From Octopus bimaculoides (taxonomy: Eukaryota), in the NCBI RefSeq assembly GCF_001194135.2, contig NC_068990.1:15045621-15080425 (forward strand): DNA of 34,805 nucleotides, written 5' to 3'. Under the pieces are notes generated by a model. That model saw only the letters and a list, made by a program, of their open reading frames with translations. It searched no databases and was not told the origin of the DNA. Shown here piece by piece: positions 1 to 13,000 of this stretch (positions are counted from its first letter, which is position 1; each line of letters starts with the position of its first letter). The translations under genes were made by a program, and so were the position numbers.

Positions 1-232
1 GCACATAAAAGACACCATTTCGAGCGTGGCCGTTTTCGTGCGGGTGACACGTAAAAGCACCCACTACACTCTCTGAGTGGTTGGCGTTAGGAAGGGCATC
101 CAGCTGTAGAAACTCTGCCAAATCAGACTGGAGCCTGGTGTTGCCATCCGGTTTCACCAGTCCTCAGTCAAATCGTCCAACCCATGCTAGCATGGAAAGC
201 GGACGTTAAACGATGATGATGATGATGATGAT
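1..232 (+). mobile_element. High-copy retroposon 3' end with (GAT)n tail (called family S1 here)
   Basis: ...ccaacccatgctagcatggaaagcggacgttaaac(gat)n; related copies at ~4412, 10261, 10944, 16016, 16574, 32750, 34575. Confidence 0.8.
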
Positions 233-233
233 G

Positions 234-793
234 CGAGGTCTGGTCAAAAAGTATTGGAACTGTTGCTATGGTAAGGGAGCTGAAGTACACTGAGTGAAGC
301 TGCTTGGCACAGATTGACGTTGAACCCTGTTGCACATGCACACTAAGTTACAATGTTCTTGCTCATTTCTGTTGTTTATAGCAGTGCTTGGAAGTAAAAT
401 ATGTAGAGTGTGGTTGTTTCAAAAAGACATTCGGATTTCAGCTGTGCAAGATCTCCCAGATTGTGTCAAGGAAGACAAAAACTTTTTGAAAATGGTTATA
501 ACAGGTAACAATTCATGGGTCTATGGCCACGACCCTAAAAACAAGGCAAAAATCAAACCCCAATTTAAAGGAACGACATTTCAGGACACCAAGGAAAGCC
601 AAGAGAATGTGACAGGGTAGCTGCTCACTATCCCCCAAAAAAGGAGTTCCAGGTATACTTCCTTCCAATGGAAATGATGCTGGATAAAGTGACTTCAGAA
701 GGGAACTACTTCAAAGGAGATTAAATATTGAATTGATATGTTTGACAGTTTTCTTTTTATTTAGCAGTCCTGATATTTTTTGATCAGACCTCA
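234..793 (+). mobile_element. Internally deleted, degenerate mariner (Tc1/mariner) element
   Basis: Imperfect TIRs gaggtctggtcaaaaaagtat (235-) and atattttttgatcagacctc (-792). Residual transposase peptides KNFLKMVITGNNSWVYGHDP (resembles ITGDESWVYGYDP) and SEGNYFKGD* (resembles the mariner C-terminal G.YFEGD). Confidence 0.78.
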
Positions 794-2810
794 TTTGCCA
801 TAATAACTGAATGTTCTTAGTATTTTATAGAATCAAAATAAATTAGGAATATTAAATCACAGATAACCAAATTTAATATTGTCTTCCTGTAAAGTTTTGT
901 TCATGTGAGAATGTGGTGATAGAAATTATGAGATTTTGTTCTAAAATTTTATTATAGAAAATTTACGTTCACTATGAATATCAGAAGAAAACTGCCTTCT
1001 GGGCCTTTTTCTGCCAGACTGTGTTATCTTCCTCTTCATCTTTCTCCTCTGCCTTATTATCACTATCATCATCTTTCTCCTCTTCATTGTTTGAAAGGTG
1101 TTATATGTCTAAATGTTCCTGCTATACAAGTTTCCTATTTTAACAGAATGTGTTCATTATACTTCCTTTCTAATTTCATATATGCTGTAGCCTTAATTTT
1201 TTTCTGAATTTGGTTATGATACTTCTAGAATTAAATATTCTTTACCATTTATAATAGTTTATTTTCAAACTGATCTAAATGTTGCTCACGTGGAGGATTT
1301 AAACCAGGGAGATTCTCAAACATTTTCTTTTATTCTGTATGTATGTATATATGCATATAGAATATAGGTGGTTAGAATATTCCAGTGGAATGCATCTCTG
1401 AATTCTAACGGTTCAATAACTTATTTTGAATACCTAACTGTGAGCAAACTGGCAAATGTTTGGAGAGAGCCCTTATTAATTGCCAATATATATATATATA
1501 TATGTATGTATGAAGTTAAATCTATGTCTGGTCATAAAGTGACCAATAGTTTTGCAAGCTTTACAAATGGCTCATCAGATTCCAATGGTTGTGGGCGTAT
1601 ACCCTCTTTTCAAACTGGAGGTAAGAAAACTGTTACGGTCAGTTAATTTGTAAACAAAAGAATATTATAAAAGAATATTTAAACAGGACAGGTTATCACC
1701 CTTAGACTGGTTTGGTCAGCAAATCTTATGGACCAGCAGGACGAATGGGGAATGGGGAATCTCCACCTGCTAGGTTGGTTCTGGTCCACAAATATTCTAT
1801 ACAGTCCTAATTGATGAATGGGAAATCCCATGTTTGCAGCAGGTAGTACTTGAAATGTGGACAGAGGCTATATGTCTTGTGTCTTGAATTTAAGAGAATT
1901 TTGGGGTCAATTGAGTTCTTAAAGATTCTTGCCTGCTCTGCTATGCAAAGTTTACGCCATTTATATAGGACCCCAGATGTTCTATTATCCTCTGTTTAAT
2001 TTTGTATGGAGTTCCATCATCCTTAAGGTGCCACACTTGGCTAGCCAAGGGCATGATATAACATCTTTCCAGCACCCTAAAAGAGGACCTGTGGTTGTAC
2101 AGGCACCAATTAAAGGTAGTTCCAGCTGAGCCAATATATCTCTAAACCAGCATGCTGGCTGTTTCCTCTGTTGGCCCCGAGTGTGAAGTTGTTGTTGCCA
2201 CTGCTGTCATTGGAGCTGTCATCAGTGCTGTTATTACAGGAATGAGGTTCTGGCGATACTGTTGCTACTGTTGCAGTTGTCATCCTTGGCTGCAGTGTTG
2301 GTGTTGCTGCTGCTGTTGCCAATGGTATCATGGCTGTCACCAGGGCTATTAATTCTGAGCATGTGACCAGTAGTTCTACTGGTGCTGGTGAGATCACCAT
2401 CTCCAGTTGTAGTGCTGGTGCTGGTGCTGTGGTCATATTTGTCGACGCTGGTGTTTCTGCCATTTAATGGTTTGCTCCTGTTGCCGCCTTCACTGTTACC
2501 ATGGGATGTCGCTAATGTTGTTCAATGAACTGCTGCTGCTACTTTGGTTGTTAGAGCTAGATACCATCACAGTCTCATATATGAATCCCTCATAAATATA
2601 TAAAAGTTGATTAATATATTTACATACAAATCAACACTTAGGAGGAAAACACTTAATTTTGCATTATGAAATATAAGGCACATTCTGTATTGTCTCTGTA
2701 ATTAATTAAGAAATTAAAGTGTGTGTATGATTACTCACTTACATATAAGTCTCTGCAGTGCAAGTTGAAAGAATTTACCTGCAGTATTTGACTTTTATCT
2801 CTCCATACAG

Positions 2811-3061
2811 AGTCCTGGTGTGTGATGAATGATGGTTTAGCTGATGCTTCATTAATAAGAAGTTGGGACATTAAAACTTCAAGCAATCAAGAACATGTAA
2901 ATTCCATCAGACCTGGCGGAAAAGGCTGGAAACCTGATCTCAGTGACACTAAACGTACTGTAACAATTTTTGTTGGAGATGCTTTAAGATATGGTGCAAC
3001 AATAAGATTATCCCATGCGAAATATGTGGAGAAATTTGATGTGATACTCAGTGATGGACAG
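2811..3061 (+). CDS. Exon A1: N-terminal half of discoidin-like domain 1 (SWCVMNDG...ILSDGQ), phase 1->0
   Basis: catacag|ag tcc tgg ... gga cag|gtaaat; 251 nt; one of five near-identical copies. Confidence 0.92.
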
Positions 3062-6000
3062 GTAAATTATATCTTGATTTAGAATATTTTGTTATTTTTA
3101 CACAAATTATTTAGTTATCTTTAATACATTAATTAATTTATAAGAAATATCTAATGCTCTCAATTAATATCTTGTTGTTTCTACACAAGCAGATCTATTA
3201 TGGAAAGCATCCCAGCAATGATCATTACTTCTTTTTTTTTTTCCGAGCCTAGTATAGCTTGGAGTACATTAGTCAGTGTGGATTTGCATTTTTTTTTCTT
3301 GTAGACTTACAGAGTCATTGAAGTTGTTTTCTCTTTTATGCCAAACAAAATAAGCAGAAATGATCAACATTAAGATTTGATAAATAATTAGATTTTTAAT
3401 TCAAAATAACTTTTGACTAGAACTTCATCTCATTTTATCTCGGTAGTTAACAATTATTTAGAATCACTTAATTTTACAATTTTGTTTTCTCCTTTGTGTA
3501 ATACCCAGTGCTGGATTAACCCATTAAGCAAAATAAGCACATGCTTAGGACATCAATGATATGAGACACCACAGATATGAAAATGCTTTACGGCATGAAA
3601 GAAATCACTTTAAACTTGCTATTTGTGATGCCTTATCTCTACCAAGTATAGAAGCAGAAATTTTGCATAAAATTGATTTTAACGATATCATCAAACACTT
3701 TGCAATTAAAAAAAAACAAAGGAGAAAACTTTTCAAATATAAATAAAATGGAAGCATACAAACATAAACATTATTTTCCATCTTACTGTGAATTTTGTTT
3801 CATTTCCCAAAATAAAAATTCATTTTATGTTTTATTATTGCTTACATTTTGAATTATTTTTGTTTACATTTTAAAACATTTACATATACTTGAGGGCACC
3901 AAAACTTTTTAAGTGCTTAGGGTCTTTATCTGCCCTGGTAATACCTACCAGAATTGGAAATATCTCTTATATAATGTAAGTTGCAATGATTCAACGTAAG
4001 TATGCAAAATAGATCTGTAAATTGATGTATATTATTTTTACAGAATACCAAACGTTTACAAAACAATAGCCCTGATGCTATTATCAAGATACCTTTTGGT
4101 ACCACAGTCAACAGTGTAAAATTACAATTTCACTCTGTCAAACCAGAATGTCAGATAGCTGTGACAGTATCAATTCTTGGATGTTTTGAATCACGTAAGT
4201 TTGATAGCAATTTTCAGTACAGTATTATTATATAAAATCACATTTGTAATTGATATTATATCCTATATATTAACTGATCCTATTCATCAAAGTAATTAAA
4301 TCATAAGCTTTAATGTGCTTAAGGGATGTTTTAAATGAAATAAGTGTAATTTCACTTCTTTAGCAAACTTTATGCTACAGTATTCCTTTGTGCTGTTTAT
4401 AGCACATATACTCATCATCATAATCATCATCATCATCATCATCATTGCCATCATCGTCGTCATCATCATCATTTAACATCATTGTTCCATGCTGGCATGG
4501 GTTGGAAAGTTTGACAGGATCTGATGTATCCAAGGATTGTATCCAGCTCCACTATCGGCTTTAGCATGGTGCTTATGGCTGGATGCACTTCATTACACCA
4601 GTTACTTTACAACATGGACTGGTGCTTTTTTTGTGCCACCTGCATTTTCCAAGCTATGGGTGGTAAAATTCGTATAACTTGTTATTTAACTATTTCTATG
4701 CATAAAATTAAATTGTTCTTTAATATCTTCCCTGTAGAATCTACAACTGAAGCAGCAACAACAGCTACAGGTATGTAGATGCAAGTTTTCATAATTGCAT
4801 TAAAGATCTGTTGGTTTCTCATACAGAAGGCATACTTGGGTTATCTTTCCAATGTAGATATCTCTGTATTTGTGTGTATGTATGTGTATGTGTGCATCCA
4901 TGTGCATGCCTGTGTGCACATACATGTATGTTTAAAGTGTAGGATTTAAAAAAAAACATTATACTTTATATATTCTGGGACTAAAATAATTGAATATCTA
5001 ATAATTTCTTCATACAGAATCATGGTGTGTGATGAATGATGGTTTAGCTGATGCCTCATTGATAAGAAGTTGGGACATTAAGACTTCAAGCAATCAAGAA
5101 CATGTAAATTCCATCAGACCTGGTGGAAAAGGCTGGAAACCTGATGCCAGTGACACTAAACGTACTGTAACAATTTTTGTGGGAGATGCTTTAAGATATG
5201 GAGCAACAATGAGATTACCCCATGCGAAATATGTTGAGAAATTTGATGTGATACTCTCTGATGGCCAGGTAAATTGTATTTTGGTCTCAAATATTTAATT
5301 ATTTTTATACAATTTATTTTAATACATTAATTAATTTATGCTGTCATTTAGCCCCATGTTAGTTCTGCTCCAGCAGACTGGTACAGAAAGCATTCTGGTC
5401 ATAAGCATCACTTTGTTTTGTCTGATATAGAGTAATTTGGACTACATTAGCCAGTGTGAATTTTACTTTTGAACCAAGCAAAACGAGCCAGAACAGATCA
5501 ACAGTATGACTTGATAAATACTTTGGTATTTTATATTAATTTGATAAATGATTACTACATTTTTAATTAAGTTACAAAATATCTTCTAACATGAGCTTCA
5601 TCTTTCTTTATTCTCAGCTATTATCATTTGTTTCGAAACACATATTTAAAATATTTTTCCTTTGTGCAATATCTACCAAAATTATCTCAAAATGCCTCTT
5701 ACTTAGTTTCACATTAGTATATTGTTATATTTTAATGTAATTTTTTTTTTAAATAATCCTGTTACCTAAACTATCATTTCTTCCTACAGAATACCAAGCA
5801 TATACAAAACAACAAACCTGATGCTCTTATCAAGATACCTTTTGGTACCACTGTCAACAGTGTAAAATTACAATTTTACTCTGTTAAACCAGAATGCCAG
5901 ATAGTTGTAACAGTATCAATTCTTGGATGTTTTGAAGCACGTAAGTGTAACTGCACTTTATAAACTTTATAATCCAAGATTTCTTTTTGCTATTTACAAC

Positions 6001-9000
6001 ACATACTCTATATACGTTTTAATCATGCAGAAAAAAATTGACTAAGTGGTAAAATAACATACTGTATAACTATTTCTATGCATAAAATTAACGTATTCTT
6101 TTAATATCTTTTCTGCAGAACCAACAACTCAGGGAGCAACAGCTACAGGTATGAAATTTACTATTTCCTCTACTGTGATATCAGAACGGTCTTATGTTAT
6201 GTAGAGACAAAGTATTGCATAAAAGTATTAATTTCTGTCGTATGCAATAATAATTGAGTGCGATTGTTAATTACAGGGTTAAAAATGTGTTGAAAATTAT
6301 TCTTTTCTGTATGAGTTAAGCAATGTAGTTTTACTTTGAGACATTCAATCGTATGAGCAAATGTAATGTTACAGATAATAAGAGACTGAGTTATAAAAAT
6401 CTTAATATACAGGTGCAGGCATGGCTATGTGGTAAGAAGCATGCTTCTCAATTACACGCTTTTGGGTTCAGTATCAAAATCACAATCTTGTGGTCATGAG
6501 TGAAACACCCTAACCACTAAGCCATGCATGCTTGCAATGATGTGCATCTGTAAGTGTTTACATCTGTAAGCCTGAAAGAGTAGAAACCTTTTGTATTTTC
6601 ATGATAACTAATGTAGAAAACAAAATGTGTGTGTGTGTGTGTGTGTGTGTGTCAGTATTTATTTGTGTCTTGGTCTGTACAATGTGAGGTAAAAGTATTT
6701 ACTACCAGGATTTAGCATCCACTGATTGCATAAATAATGTTGTTTTCTTCCTCTCTTCACACAGAGTCCTGGTGTGTGATGAATGATGGTTTAGCTGATG
6801 CTTCATTGATAAGAAGTTGGGACATTAAGACTTCAAGCAATCAAGAACATGTAAATTCCATCAGACCAGGTGGAAAAGGCTGGAAACCTGATCTCAGTGA
6901 CACTAAACGTACTGTAACAATTTTTGTGGGAGATGCTTTAAGATATGGTGCAACAATAAGATTACCCCATGCAAAATATGTGGAGAAATTTGATGTGATA
7001 CTCTCTGATGGCCAGGTAAATTATAACAGATCCTGATTATAAACTTATTTCATTATTTTTACACCATACATTTACTTATTATTGATGAATGTAGACATAA
7101 GCATGGCTGTGTGGTTAAGAAAGTTGCTTCCCAACCTCATGGTTTTGAGTTCGGACCCACTGCCTAGGACCTTGAGCAACTCTCTTCTACTATAACTCCA
7201 AGCCAACCAAAACTTTTCAAGTGGATTTGATAGACAGAAACTGAGAGAAGCCTGTCATATATGAGTGTGTGTGTGTGTGTGTGTGTGTGTCTCCTTGTTT
7301 TGATATCAAGTAATAATTGTAAATGAATGTCACTGTATTACAAGCAATATCATTCATCTATATCTATAAAAGGCAGGAAGTGGTGCGTGTGTGTGTGTGT
7401 GTGTGTGTGTATGTGAATGTACTTCATGCATGTCCACAAATTAGCACGCATGTCGCTCCAATTTTAGGAGGACATTGGTCACAGCCATGGTTGTGCTTTT
7501 GTCAAATTATTTTTCCTGAGGCACCCCCGGATAGCAGTAAAAATAACTTTTTAACCATAACTTTTACCAATTTTCATGTTGGTGAAATCCGTAAGTTTGC
7601 TAACATGAGTTAAGTCCCCTGTCTTATAAATTAAGCAGTAACTTTCATAAATCAGGATATAATTTTTGAAGACTAATTCTGAGCCCAAAATGTATGTATA
7701 TATATATATATATATNNNNNNNNNNNNNNNNNNNNNNNNNNNNNNNNNNNNNAGTTTTAGGGAAAATAACTAAGTTTCAAGAACTCATCGATGAAAATCC
7801 ACTATCACATATAGAAAAATTAATAATTAAAAGCACAATAAATGAGTATAATATAAAGTAAAGTAAATATCATAAGATAAATATAATAAAAAGATTACAC
7901 GTGTTTCATAACTAATTTTCAAATAGAAAAGAAATTTAGATCGATTAAAATCAATTGAAATTATCGAAAATAAATTCTATTCAAAAATATAGCTACTCGT
8001 CAGATCGTAAGTAGAACAATAATTAGATATATATATCTCAACCAACAATAAGTACCAAATGAATTAATATGAAATACTTATTATATAAAGATAGAAAAAT
8101 TATTAAAAATATCATAATATCAAAATAATATTAGAATAATATTAGAATAATATTAGAATAATATTAGAACTTCGATCTGAATAGTGTTGATATACTTTCG
8201 ATTATCTTTGATTAATAATATTTGATTAATAATTAATCTTTATAGTTTATAATATCGTTAAAGATTTTTAATAATTAAAACTTTGTATATATATAAAGTT
8301 TAATCTTTTATTCTTAATAATTTTTTCTTTCCTATTTTTTTCATTTGTGGGACTGAACCTGGAACCATGTAGTTGGGAAGCAAACTTTTTATCACACAGC
8401 TATGCCTGCGATCTTTTTATATAATTTTTTTTAAAGTGGGCAATATTAAATAAGCTGTATTATTTTTACAGAATACAAAGAATATACGAAACAATAATCC
8501 TGATGCTATTATCAAAATACCTTTTGGTACCACTGTCAACAGTATAAAGTTACAATTTTACTCTGTTAAACCAGAATGCCAGATAGTTGTGACAGTATCA
8601 ATCCTTGGATGTTTTGAATCACGTAAGTTTGACTTGTACTTTTTAAACAAAGTTTTCAGTCTAGAATTCCTGTGTACTATTTATATTAATTTTAACCCAA
8701 GTTATATTTTCAATACATTTTAATCATATATAAGAAAAATATAAATTTATGCCATAAAATTAACAAAATACTATTTATATAATAATCTGCTTGTTAGTAC
8801 ACCCATTACACATTAGTTAGTTAAAAAGGTGGAGGTGAAGTAAAAGTGAGAGAAGGGGAAGAATGTGATTAGAGAAGAAAGAAGTGAAGAAGAAGTAAAG
8901 AAAGATGTATAATAAGGCCAAATGTGTCATGTGGTTAGTTGAAGGAAGAGATGAAGAGCAAGAGAAAAAGACAGTGAGAGAAAAGAAGGAGAGAAAGGTG

Positions 9001-10052
9001 TTAGTGACATGTTGTAGGGTAGGAGGGGAGAGAAAGGCAAAGAGAAAGAGATATGTTTAGGATACAATATTTAGGAGAAGGTGATGTTCTGGTGGTGAGT
9101 TTAAAGAAAGGCAGATAGAGAGATGAACAGGGGAGGCAGTTACATTAAGAGAGAGAGAGATGGTGGTTATGGTGGTGGTGGTGGTGGTGGTGGTGGTGTG
9201 TTTATAGCAAAGAATATTTTTTCATTGAACTAAATTTATAATATTATTCTTCTACTTGTTAGTTTAGTTTATACTTTTGTTTGTTAGAGAGGAGGAGGAG
9301 ATAGAGTAAGAGAGAGAGAGGAAGAGGGAATGTGAGAGTAAGTGAGAGAGCAGATAGCCAACAGATGCATTATGCTGTCACTCATGTGGTTAGTGGAAGT
9401 GAGAGGTGATGAGAAAGAGAGAAATGTTAAAGACATGAAGAGGGGAATGACATGGTTAAAAAGTTTGTTGAAGAGGTAGAGAGAAAGAGAGAAATATAAA
9501 GTGCTTAGCAGAGGGAAATTTTAAAATCATATTATGTATTATTGTGACTGGAAGTGAAATAACTTAGCAAAATGAAAATTAAAATGAAAATCATCCTTTC
9601 TTTCTTAAATAGCTTTCCTTAATCTTTTTCATTCTGTGGAATTTCCATGGGCCCCACTTGTATTATATAATTGTTTCAGTGCTAACAATTTAATTATTCT
9701 TTAATATCTTCTCTCTAGAGTCTACAACAATAGCTGCAACAACCACTACAGGTAAGTAGTCTACAATATATGTTATCCCTTGTCTTTATGGCAAGGGATG
9801 TCATAAAAGCTTAGATTCATGTTAGATGTAATAATAATATTCAGCATTTCGCCCGGTGTGCTAACATTTCTGCCAGCTCTCCGCCTTGATGGTGGTCAGT
9901 GATTTCTTGTTACTGCTACTTCTAGCAGGTCAAGCAATGTGATAGAGACTTCTTTGATGGCTTAGATTACTAAGATCATTCTGACTAATTGTATATGCAT
10001 TGATGAGTCTGTATAAGCTGTTATGTTTATTTTAGTTTTCCATTTTGTTTAT

Positions 10053-10083
<31 letters not shown>

Positions 10084-13000
10084 GTGTGTACATGCCTGTC
10101 TGTGTGAGGTAAAAGAACTACTTCTTATCACCATAGCTAATATGGAAAATAAAGGGCATGTGCTTATATGCTCTTTTGAGTGTGTATATATGTATATATG
10201 TTTGTGTATGTATGTGAGAGAATATTCACTAATGTACAAGTTTGTACAATATTTATTAATGTAGGTTGGCATTAAGAAGGGCATCCAGCTGTAGAAACTT
10301 TGCCAGATCAGATTGGAGCCTGGTGCAGCCATCCGGTTCGCCAGTCCTCAGTCAAGTCGTCCAACCCATGCCAGCATGGAACGCAGACGTTAAATGACGA
10401 CAACAATGATGATGATGATGATGATGATTGAATAAATAATGTTGTTTTTCCTCTCTTAATACAGGGTCCTGGTGTGTGATGAATGATGGTTTAGCTGATG
10501 CCTCATTGATAAGAAGTTGGGACATTAAGACTTCAAGCAATCAAGAACATGTAAATTCCATCAGACCTGGTGGAAAAGGATGGAAACCCGATGTCAGTGA
10601 CAAAAATCCTACTGTAACAATTTTTGTTGGAGATGCTTTAAGATATGGTGCAACACTAAGATTACCCCATGCGAAATATGTGGAGAAATTTGATGTGATA
10701 CTCTCTGATGGGCAGGTAAATTGTTTACTAATTTAAAATAATATCTATTATTTTAAATTAATTAACCATTTGTAATTGTTATATTGCTTATGTGATGAAA
10801 ATACGTTTAGCATAAATTAAAGTAATAACAGTTAGATTGCCTTATTTGTATATGACCTCTTCACACAATATATAGGGTGGGCCAGAGTTCATGACTAACT
10901 TATTAGTTATATTTCTTAATATGCTTATTTTATTGTCATTCAACATCATCATCATCATTGTTTAACATTTGTTTTCTATGCTAGCATGGGTTGGACTGTT
11001 TGACTGGAGACTGGTAAGCCAGGAGGCCTCACCAGGCTTCAATCTGATCTGGCAATGTTTCCTATTTCTTTACTGCCCACAAGGGGCTAAACACAGAGGG
11101 CACAAACAAGGACAGACAAAGGGATTAAGTCGATTACATCAATCCCAGCGCGTAACTAGTACTTAATTTATCGACCCCAAAAGGATGAAAGGCAAAGTCG
11201 ACCTCAGCGGAATTTGAACTCAGAACATAACGACAGACAAAATACCGCTAAGCACTTCGCCCGGTGTGCTAACGTTTCTGCCAGCTTGCTGCCTGATCTG
11301 GCAATGTTTCTACAGCTGGATGCCCTTCCTTATGCTAACCACTTTGAGAGTGTAGTGGGTGCATTTTACGTGCCACTGGCATGAGAGCCAGTCAGGCAGC
11401 ACAGGTACTGGCCACGTTCAGATGGTGTTTTTTATGTGCTACTGACACAGGAGCCAGTTGGGGCAGGGGATGGGGGTTGGGGTATGCTGGCATCAACCAG
11501 GTTCCGTTGGTGTTTTTTACGTGCCAATGACATGGGGAGCCAGTCAGGCAGCATGCATGAATGGTGCTTCTTGTGTTCCACCAGCATCAGAGCCAGTCAG
11601 GCAGCACTGGCATCGGCCATAACTACAATTTCCATTTGATTGTGATTTGATTTTTTATTTTGATTTTACTTGACTCAATATCAGTGATACTGATATTAAA
11701 TCAACAAGGAGCCCTTCTTTCTACAAGTGTCAATTTGATTGACTCATTCATTTTACTTCTCTGAAGTAAATCTAATTTTACAAATTACGTTAATGCTTAT
11801 AATTAAACTATTACATCATACAAAGTGTATAACATTATCCATTACAATTGTGGTTTTATATAGCAATACTTTATTGAAAATACAATTACACTAACGTGGG
11901 CTGGTTATGCAATGCTGGTATAGGCTACGGCTGTGATCTCACTTTACTTCCTGGGTCTTCTCAATCACAGCATATTTCCAGAGGTCTTGGTCTTTCATCA
12001 TTGCCTCTGTGAGGCCCAACGTTCGAAGATCATGCTTCACCACCTCATCCCATGTCTTCCTGGGTCTCCCTCTTCCAACGGTTCCTTCAACTGTTAGGGA
12101 ATGACACTTCTTCACACAGCTCTCCTCATCCATATGCAGTACATGACCATATCAGCGCAGCCATCTCGCTTGCACACCACATCTGATGCTTCTCATCTGA
12201 TGCTTCTTATGTCCAACATTTCTGTCAGGGTACTTACATTCTGTCATGTGTGCACACTGACATTACAATTATTGTATTATTTTATTTCTTAACATGTTTA
12301 TTTTACTGATATTGTATTGTTTAAATTTATTATTTTATCTTTTAATATCCGTATTAATAAATATTAATATATTAATAAATTTAACTAGCAAGTTTGTATA
12401 AACAAATGCTATATATTCTAAGCTAGTGATTACCTGACTTGTTATTCATATTCAGTATTCATCCCTTTATTCACTTATCACCAACATTTTGATAAATAAT
12501 TACCTTTTCATTACAGGTAATTAACCAGTGATTGATCTCTTGCTATGCACATTATTTTCATCTCTTGTGTATCAAATCTTCTTATGTCAGTTTTATCTTT
12601 CTCTTGTACCTGCAATAGTTACTGGGAAATGTCTATATATAATTGTACACTTGTATATTGGTATGTTTAACGTAAAGTTTTAAAAGAGGCAATATTAACT
12701 TTGTTATATCTCTTTAACAGAATTCCATGCACATGTCAAACAATAAACCTGATGCTATTATCAAGATACCTTTTGGTACCACAGTAAACAGTGTCAAATT
12801 ACGATTTCATTCTGTTAAACCAGAATGCCAGATAGCTGTGACAGTATCAATTCTTGGATGTTTTGAATCACGTAAGTGTTATTGTATTTTCAATAAAGTA
12901 TTGCTATATAAAACCACAATTGTAATGGATGATATTAATTACACTTTGTACGATGTAAATAGTTAAATTATAAGCATTAATGTAATTTGTAAAATTAGAT

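Noticed and set aside
2152-2352. Cys-rich ORF (CCYCCSC...CCCCCC) as a metallothionein or toxin
   Set aside because: It arises from tgc/tgt simple repeats, with no splice or signal context and no regular Cys spacing.
2809-2812. Tandem acceptor CAGAG at A1 (also A3 and A6)
   Set aside because: Using the second AG shifts the frame by 2 nt; A2, A4 and A5 fix the first AG as the true site.
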